Below, piece by piece: positions 7,551-11,932 of a stretch of DNA of 11,932 nt (positions within the stretch are counted from its first letter, which is position 1; every line of letters begins with the position of its first letter). A program made the position numbers and the translations under genes. Source of the DNA: an uncultured Lachnospiraceae bacterium (GTDB lineage Bacteria; Bacillota; Clostridia; Lachnospirales; Lachnospiraceae); assembly GCA_949743325.1 (NCBI GenBank), contig CATJTQ010000124.1:1-11932 (forward strand), in the 5' to 3' direction. The notes under the pieces are model-generated. The model ran no database searches. It saw only the letters and a list, made by a program, of their open reading frames with translations, and had not been told where the DNA came from.

Positions 7551-7690
7551 AAAGCATTACATAGAGCGGATTCGAACCGCAGACTTGACATGTCTTACCA
7601 AAATTTTGTGTACTCTACCACTGAGCTACCGTTTTCACGGAAGGGAGTTGAACCCTTGACAACACAATCTTATAAAACTTAACCACTAAT
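7551..7690 (-). ncRNA. non-canonical tandem tRNA-like element (D-arm/T-arm modules without a foldable cloverleaf): possible Y-RNA-like/tRNA-mimic ncRNA or degenerate tRNA pseudogene
   Basis: The minus strand carries a series of tRNA-like modules. D-like arm CTTAA-TTAGTGG-TTAAG (7684..7668). T-arm AAGGG-TTCAACT-CCCTT (7647..7631). GNRA hairpin CCGT-GAAA-ACGG (7630..7619). Canonical D-arm TA-GCTC-AGTGGTA-GAGT (7618..7602). Palindromic CAAAATTTTG. Anticodon-like hairpin AGAC-ATGTCAA-GTCT (7585..7571). T-arm GCGG-TTCGAAT-CCGC (7570..7556). The flanks cannot form a 7-bp acceptor stem. There is no variable region between the anticodon-like stem and the T stem. Confidence 0.4.
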
Positions 7691-7795
7691 TAAGTTATGT
7701 GAAATATTATGATATACCTTACAGCACACTGCAGGCACCGCCGGGCAGAAAGTGACTTTCAATACCCGCGCATAATAAATTATTTCCATATTAAT

Positions 7796-9028
7796 TTAAC
7801 CCTTAACAACTCCGACCGTTTTCAATTTTCTTAACGGTGTGACTATATCTGACTGCTGAGCCATCACCAAATCAATATCTTTATATGCAAACCTGCACTC
7901 TTCAGCAACGTCATTTTTTTTGCGTTTACCAAGCACAACCCCTTGTTCCTTTAAATCTACCATAACCTCTTCAACAGAAAATGTCTTAACTGCTCCTGAG
8001 CGTGAATAATTTCTGCCTGCTCCATGTGAAGAAGAACAAAAAGATTCTCCATTGCCCTTTCCTTGTACAACATAACTGTATGAGCCCATTGCACCTGGTA
8101 TTACAGCAAGTTCGCCCTCTCGTACACGAGTAGCGCCTTTTCGATGTACCCAAACATTCTCATTATAATGACTTTCTAACGACGCATAGTTATGATGACA
8201 ATTGATCTCTTCACCAAATTCCACAATATAATCTGTATGCTTCTCTATTATCTCTTTAACAATACTGCAAGTTTTTTCCAACATGCGGGCACGATTCTCA
8301 AAAGCATATTCTAATGCTAAATTCATCCAATTGATATATTGCTGACCTTCTGTTGAATTAACAGAAAGAAATGCCAAGCGATACTCATCCTTTACCTCGC
8401 TGTACCATCTTTGATTTAAGACTCTTGCCTTCTCATGAAAATAATCGCATATCGCCTTTCCAAGATGACGGCTTCCTGAATGAAGCATTATACACAAAAA
8501 TCCATCCTGATCCTCCTGCAGCTCAATAAAGTGATTACCGCCTCCTAAACTTCCAACCTGATAATATCCATCATCAATTAATGGAAGTAATTCACTATCT
8601 ATTTCATACTTATCAAGTTCATATTTTGCTAAATCAAGCACTTTTGATTCCTGCGGCACTTTATATCTATCTGTATTTAACGGTATTGTTCTCATAATAT
8701 TACCAACTATCGCCTGAATCACAGAACCATTTCCCGTCTGAATCTCACGTATATCTTCCATGTGAACATTAGTTGGGATAAAATCCATACCACATCCAAT
8801 ATCAACTCCCACTGCATTGGGAATAATAACATCTTTTGCCGCGATAACACCGCCTATAGGCATACCCTTTCCCGCATGTGTATCAGGCATTAAACACACC
8901 CATTTATGGATAAACGGAAGCTGTGATAAGTGATAAGCCTGTTCAAGACAATTTTCCTCCAACTGACTTTCACTCTCCAACCATACTTTAACCGGAAATC
9001 TTGTTTTCTCATTATTTAATACAAACAT
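7796..9028 (-). CDS. rtcB: RNA-splicing ligase RtcB (3'-phosphate/2',3'-cyclic phosphate to 5'-OH RNA ligase)
   Basis: The ORF contains MPDTHAGKGMPIGGV, GVDIGCGM, GGGNHFIE, HRKGA, IPGAMGSYSYVV and SSSHGAGR, the conserved RtcB metal/GTP/His-GMP motifs. The start is taken as the internal ATG 9028..9026 (MFVLNNEKTRFPVKVWLE..., aligning with the E. coli RtcB N-terminus). It has an AGGGTGA RBS 7 nt upstream. The ORF-track start at 9106 would add 26 non-conserved hydrophobic residues. Confidence 0.9.
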   Translation of the reverse strand: MFVLNNEKTRFPVKVWLESESQLEENCLEQAYHLSQLPFIHKWVCLMPDTHAGKGMPIGGVIAAKDVIIPNAVGVDIGCGMDFIPTNVHMEDIREIQTGNGSVIQAIVGNIMRTIPLNTDRYKVPQESKVLDLAKYELDKYEIDSELLPLIDDGYYQVGSLGGGNHFIELQEDQDGFLCIMLHSGSRHLGKAICDYFHEKARVLNQRWYSEVKDEYRLAFLSVNSTEGQQYINWMNLALEYAFENRARMLEKTCSIVKEIIEKHTDYIVEFGEEINCHHNYASLESHYNENVWVHRKGATRVREGELAVIPGAMGSYSYVVQGKGNGESFCSSSHGAGRNYSRSGAVKTFSVEEVMVDLKEQGVVLGKRKKNDVAEECRFAYKDIDLVMAQQSDIVTPLRKLKTVGVVKG

Positions 9029-9142
9029 AGCGTTATCACCCTTTCTTATTTTTAAATTCTCTGTAGCTGATAAAAAGATTATATACAATAATTTCCAATA
9101 TATCATTTAAAAAAAGTTGCGAACTGTCTATCAATATAAATA

Positions 9143-9163
9143 TTAATTTAAGCTTTAAATTAA
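9143..9163. repeat. 21-bp interrupted palindrome TTAATTTAA-gct-TTAAATTAA (candidate operator)
   Basis: Perfect 9-bp inverted arms around a 3-nt centre. Lies immediately downstream of the predicted rtcB -10, i.e. over the predicted rtcB TSS, in the divergent rtcB/WYL intergenic region. Confidence 0.5.
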
Positions 9164-9168
9164 AAGTT

Positions 9169-9196
9169 GTTATATATTCAGTTAGTGCATTGTCAA
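9169..9196 (-). promoter_or_regulatory. candidate sigma-A promoter for rtcB
   Basis: Minus strand TTGACA (9196..9191) - 16 nt - TATAAC (9174..9169). Leader of about 130 nt to the rtcB ATG. No -24/-12 sigma-54 element seen. Confidence 0.3.
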
Positions 9197-9307
9197 AACC
9201 GCTCCCAAAGCGCCTTCAGCCGCTAAAACGGCTCTTTTACTCTGTTCCTTTGATAAGTCCACAATTTTATAAACAATTAATAAAAAATAACTTTTAGCAT
9301 ATTTTTC

Positions 9308-9336
9308 TTGCATCTGGTAACCAATTATTTTATGAT
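9308..9336 (+). promoter_or_regulatory. sigma-A type promoter for the WYL-regulator gene pair
   Basis: TTGCAT (9308-9313) - 17 nt - TATGAT (9331-9336). A short inverted repeat ATACT-gat-AGTAT (9335-9347) overlaps the -10/+1. About 70-nt leader to ATG 9413. Confidence 0.5.
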
Positions 9337-9412
9337 ACTGATAGTATTTACATAATTATAAGATTTAAAAAACTAATAATTAATAAACAACTTAGGAGAA
9401 ACCATCATACAC

Positions 9413-10660
9413 ATGTCTAATTTTCAAGAACTGATTAAAAATTTTTCTAAAACTAGAGATTATGTCAGAGATTTCTTTGTCTATGGATTCAAAACAAGAA
9501 ATGATTTTAATAACAAAAGCGCAAGAACTTACGACAATGAGCGCAGACGCCTTGAAAGCTGGTTAAGCCCATATATTCGAAGAGACTATACTTCTAATGG
9601 TGCAAACATCTCTCTTGCCATAGACAGTAATCTTCTTGATACAAACCCGCTTTTTCAAGTTTGGAAAACAAAATGCTTTACAGATAATGACATTGTACTG
9701 CATTTTCTAATAATAGATTTATTAAATAATAATAAGACACTAACTGCAGATGAAATAACAGACAATCTTTTAACAAAATATAATGCATTTTTTGATATAC
9801 AAACCGTTCGCCGAAAGTGCAATAAATATACGAATGATGGACTTCTTACTAAAGAGAAACTTGGAAAAAAAGTTTTATATTCTATAGATAACTCTCTTGC
9901 TTTATGGATTAAAACCAATGAAAATATACATAATGCACTTGCATTTTATCAGATGGCTGGAGATTTTGGAATTATTGCCAACGTATTATCAGAACAATTA
10001 GATATTGAAAACAATACCTTCCGTGTTAAGCACAATTTTTTTGTACATACGTTAGAAGATGAAATACTTATAGAACTCCTTAACTGTATTAATAAAAAGT
10101 TAAATGTACAGCTGCAAATTAAAAGCTCTAAAGCAGGTACACTAAACACATCAAATTGTACACCTCTGCAAATATTTACAAGCACACGGAGCGGTCGCCG
10201 TTTCCTTTGCGGCTATGTACACAAAAGCAGACGATTTACATGTTTCCGTCTTGATACAATTAAACAGGTCTTTCCTATGGAAAAATATAATGAATACGAT
10301 GAACTTTTAACTTTATTAAATAAAAACCGCAGCCATATCTGGGGAGTTTCTTTTCAAAGTGAAACAGGTAATCATCTTGAGAAATTAACAATGATTTTAC
10401 ATGTAAATGAACCATTCGAACACTTTATAATCGAGCGATTAAAACGAGAGGGCAGGGGAGGTATCATTTCTAAAACGGCACCAGACACATATAAATATGA
10501 AATTGAAGTGTTTGACTGCAATGAAATGCTTCCTTGGATTCGAACCTTTATAGGCAGGATTATATCGTTAGAATGTACATCAGAAATAGTCAAAAAAAGA
10601 TTTTATAACGATTTGAACACTATGTATAAAATGTATGGCATAAACACCAGGAGACAATAA
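9413..10660 (+). CDS. wHTH-WYL-WCX family transcriptional regulator with about 90-aa N-terminal extension (PafB/PafC-, BrxR/CapW-like)
   Basis: 415 aa. wHTH-like segment around residues 95-160 (...TLTADEITDNL...TVRRKCNKYTNDGLLTKEKLGKKVLYSI). WYL-like core (PLQIFTSTRSGRRFLCGYVHKSRRFTCFRLDTIKQV). C-terminal WCX-like segment (TYKYEIEVFDCNEMLPWIRTFIGRIISLE). RBS AGGAG is 14 nt upstream (long spacer). About 25-28% GC. Confidence 0.65.
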   Translation: MSNFQELIKNFSKTRDYVRDFFVYGFKTRNDFNNKSARTYDNERRRLESWLSPYIRRDYTSNGANISLAIDSNLLDTNPLFQVWKTKCFTDNDIVLHFLIIDLLNNNKTLTADEITDNLLTKYNAFFDIQTVRRKCNKYTNDGLLTKEKLGKKVLYSIDNSLALWIKTNENIHNALAFYQMAGDFGIIANVLSEQLDIENNTFRVKHNFFVHTLEDEILIELLNCINKKLNVQLQIKSSKAGTLNTSNCTPLQIFTSTRSGRRFLCGYVHKSRRFTCFRLDTIKQVFPMEKYNEYDELLTLLNKNRSHIWGVSFQSETGNHLEKLTMILHVNEPFEHFIIERLKREGRGGIISKTAPDTYKYEIEVFDCNEMLPWIRTFIGRIISLECTSEIVKKRFYNDLNTMYKMYGINTRRQ

Positions 10661-10662
10661 TT

Positions 10663-11649
10663 ATGGAAATATTTTCAGAAATATACAGCTGTTACTATAG
10701 AGTACTACGTCATTTATTATGCAGTCAAAATTCCATCAGCATTCAGCAAATATACGATCAAATCTATGATGAAGGATTTGAAGAAAGTCTATTGTCAATC
10801 ATTCCAAAACTAGAAAGCGGAACATGGAATTTATTTAATAAAAGTGGTGACCTATATATATCAAAAATTAACTCCGCATTTATAACTCCTCTGTCAAACC
10901 TTCAAAAATCCTATTTAAAGGCATTACTATCTGATGCACGGATTAGATTATTTCTAGGACAAGAACAATTGGAAACAATAAATAATATGCTCTCGTCAGT
11001 ATCTCCTCTTTGGAAACAGGAACAATTTTACTACTTCGATAAATTTACTGACGGAGACCCATTTGAAAATGAACACTACCAGCATTGCTTTCGAACTTTG
11101 CTTAATGCACAAAAAAATAATATATATGTAGATATTGAGTATAAATCACCAAAGGGAAGCCGCATTCATCACTACTATTACCCTGCGCGTCTCGAATATT
11201 CTGTAAAAAATGATAAATTTCGCATAATTGCAATGGAACAAATAAAGCATAACAAAACAAAATTGGAAATTTTAAATATTGATCGAATTCAAACAATAAA
11301 ACTTACAGATAAAATTTATACATTAACAAATGATTTAAATTCTGCAATCAAAAATTCTTATTATCAGGAACCAATTACGCTACAAATTATAAATAAACGC
11401 AATGCTTTGGAACGGGCAATGCTGCATTTTGCAAACTATGAAAAAAATACAACAAAAATAAATGAAAACACCTATGAGTGCCGCATATATTATAATAAAA
11501 ATATGGAAACTGAACTTCTAATTGAAGTAATGTCTTTTGGACCAATGCTTACAGTATTAGGAAACGACAGCTTCTTAAAAAGTTTAAAACAACGGCTAGA
11601 AAATCAATTGTCAATTTCAACCATACAAAATATTAATCCTAACATCTGA
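10663..11649 (+). CDS. wHTH-WYL-WCX family transcriptional regulator (paralogue of upstream gene)
   Basis: 328 aa. N-terminal wHTH-like segment (EIFSEIYSCYYRVLRHLLCSQNSISIQQIYDQI...). WYL-like core (YVDIEYKSPKGSRIHHYYYPARLEYSVKNDKFRIIAMEQIKHNKTKLEILNIDRIQTIKL). WCX-like C-terminus (TYECRIYYNKNMETELLIEVMSFGPMLTVLGNDSFLKSLKQRLE), clearly homologous to the end of the upstream protein. ATG is 2 nt after the upstream stop with AGGAG 10 nt upstream, so the pair is co-transcribed and coupled. Confidence 0.7.
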   Translation: MEIFSEIYSCYYRVLRHLLCSQNSISIQQIYDQIYDEGFEESLLSIIPKLESGTWNLFNKSGDLYISKINSAFITPLSNLQKSYLKALLSDARIRLFLGQEQLETINNMLSSVSPLWKQEQFYYFDKFTDGDPFENEHYQHCFRTLLNAQKNNIYVDIEYKSPKGSRIHHYYYPARLEYSVKNDKFRIIAMEQIKHNKTKLEILNIDRIQTIKLTDKIYTLTNDLNSAIKNSYYQEPITLQIINKRNALERAMLHFANYEKNTTKINENTYECRIYYNKNMETELLIEVMSFGPMLTVLGNDSFLKSLKQRLENQLSISTIQNINPNI

Positions 11650-11840
11650 AAAATTATGAATACTTTTGCTATTCACTTTAAAAATGCCAAAACAAAATGT
11701 ACCCTTTCCCTAGTTTTTGTCATTTTCCTGACCTTATCCAAGAACTTATCGGAACTGCTTTTTGCTTCCCTTGTTGCGTGTGCGTATCCATTTATTTTGA
11801 TACTCACATCATAATTACCTAACAACTTTTACAACAAAAA

Positions 11841-11868
11841 AGTCCATAAACATAAACGTCTACGGACT
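11841..11868 (-). terminator. possible terminator downstream of tRNA-Asn
   Basis: Minus strand AGTCC (11868..11864) ... GGACT (11845..11841) with an 18-nt loop, followed by TTTTTTGTTG. Weak 5-bp stem. Confidence 0.3.
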
Positions 11869-11876
11869 AATCAAGC

Positions 11877-11932
11877 TCCCCGAGTAGGGCTCGAACCTAC
11901 AACCCCACGGTTAACAGCCGTGTGCTCTACCA
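11877..11932 (-). tRNA. tRNA-Asn (anticodon GTT), 3' portion only (5' part beyond right edge), CCA not encoded
   Basis: Reverse complement ...TGGTAGAGCACACGGCTGTTAACCGTGGGGTTGTAGGTTCGAGCCCTACTCGGGGAG. Anticodon loop CTGTTAA. T-arm GTAGG-TTCGAGC-CCTAC. Acceptor 3' strand plus discriminator G ends at 11877. Confidence 0.85.

Noticed and set aside
7376-7591. 71-aa minus-strand ORF
   Set aside because: Lies in AT-rich intergenic DNA and runs into the tRNA-like element. No RBS, and the peptide is Cys/Ile-rich low complexity. Judged spurious.
7551-7690. Interpreting the tRNA-like element as a direct-repeat att site derived from the tRNA-Asn at the right edge
   Set aside because: Its T-arm and 3' flank (GCGGTTCGAATCCGCTCTATG) do not match the tRNA-Asn 3' end (GTAGGTTCGAGCCCTACTCGGGGAG). 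It is therefore not a duplication of that tRNA, although a scar from a different tRNA cannot be excluded.
9655-10593. Minus-strand ORFs 9655..9918, 9949..10185, 10372..10593 and 11102..11296
   Set aside because: Antisense shadows inside the two WYL-regulator genes.
1-11932. CRISPR arrays, IS elements, phage genes, toxin-antitoxin pairs
   Set aside because: No regularly spaced direct repeats. No transposase- or integrase-like ORFs. No terminal inverted repeats of IS type found in the window.

Overview
This is a low-GC, Firmicutes/Clostridia-like chromosomal segment with almost every gene on the minus strand. From left to right it holds the following:

- **Cobalamin operon tail:** cbiG (partial), cbiF, a cobC-like histidine phosphatase and cbiD. 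These appear to form one operon with an O-acetylhomoserine sulfhydrylase gene (metY) driven by a near-consensus sigma-A promoter.
- **Hypothetical gene:** a 128-aa ORF with a GTG start.
- **tRNA operon:** six minus-strand tRNA genes, transcribed Glu-Thr-CAT-Asp-Val-Leu(TAA). None encodes CCA, and the operon ends in a clean intrinsic terminator.
- **SPFH protein:** a band-7/SPFH protein with no transmembrane segment.
- **rtcB region (most interesting):** an rtcB RNA-ligase gene is followed immediately by a non-canonical tandem tRNA-like RNA element made of D-arm/T-arm modules with no cloverleaf. Divergently transcribed from rtcB is a translationally coupled pair of very AT-rich paralogous wHTH-WYL-WCX regulator genes (PafBC/BrxR/CapW-like). 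A 21-bp palindrome sits over the predicted rtcB transcription start.
- **Right edge:** the 3' part of a minus-strand tRNA-Asn gene.

I propose rtcB + the tRNA-like RNA + the WYL pair as a candidate, apparently undescribed RNA-damage sensing/repair module. It may lie on a small tRNA-flanked AT-rich islet. No CRISPR array, IS element or phage gene is visible.
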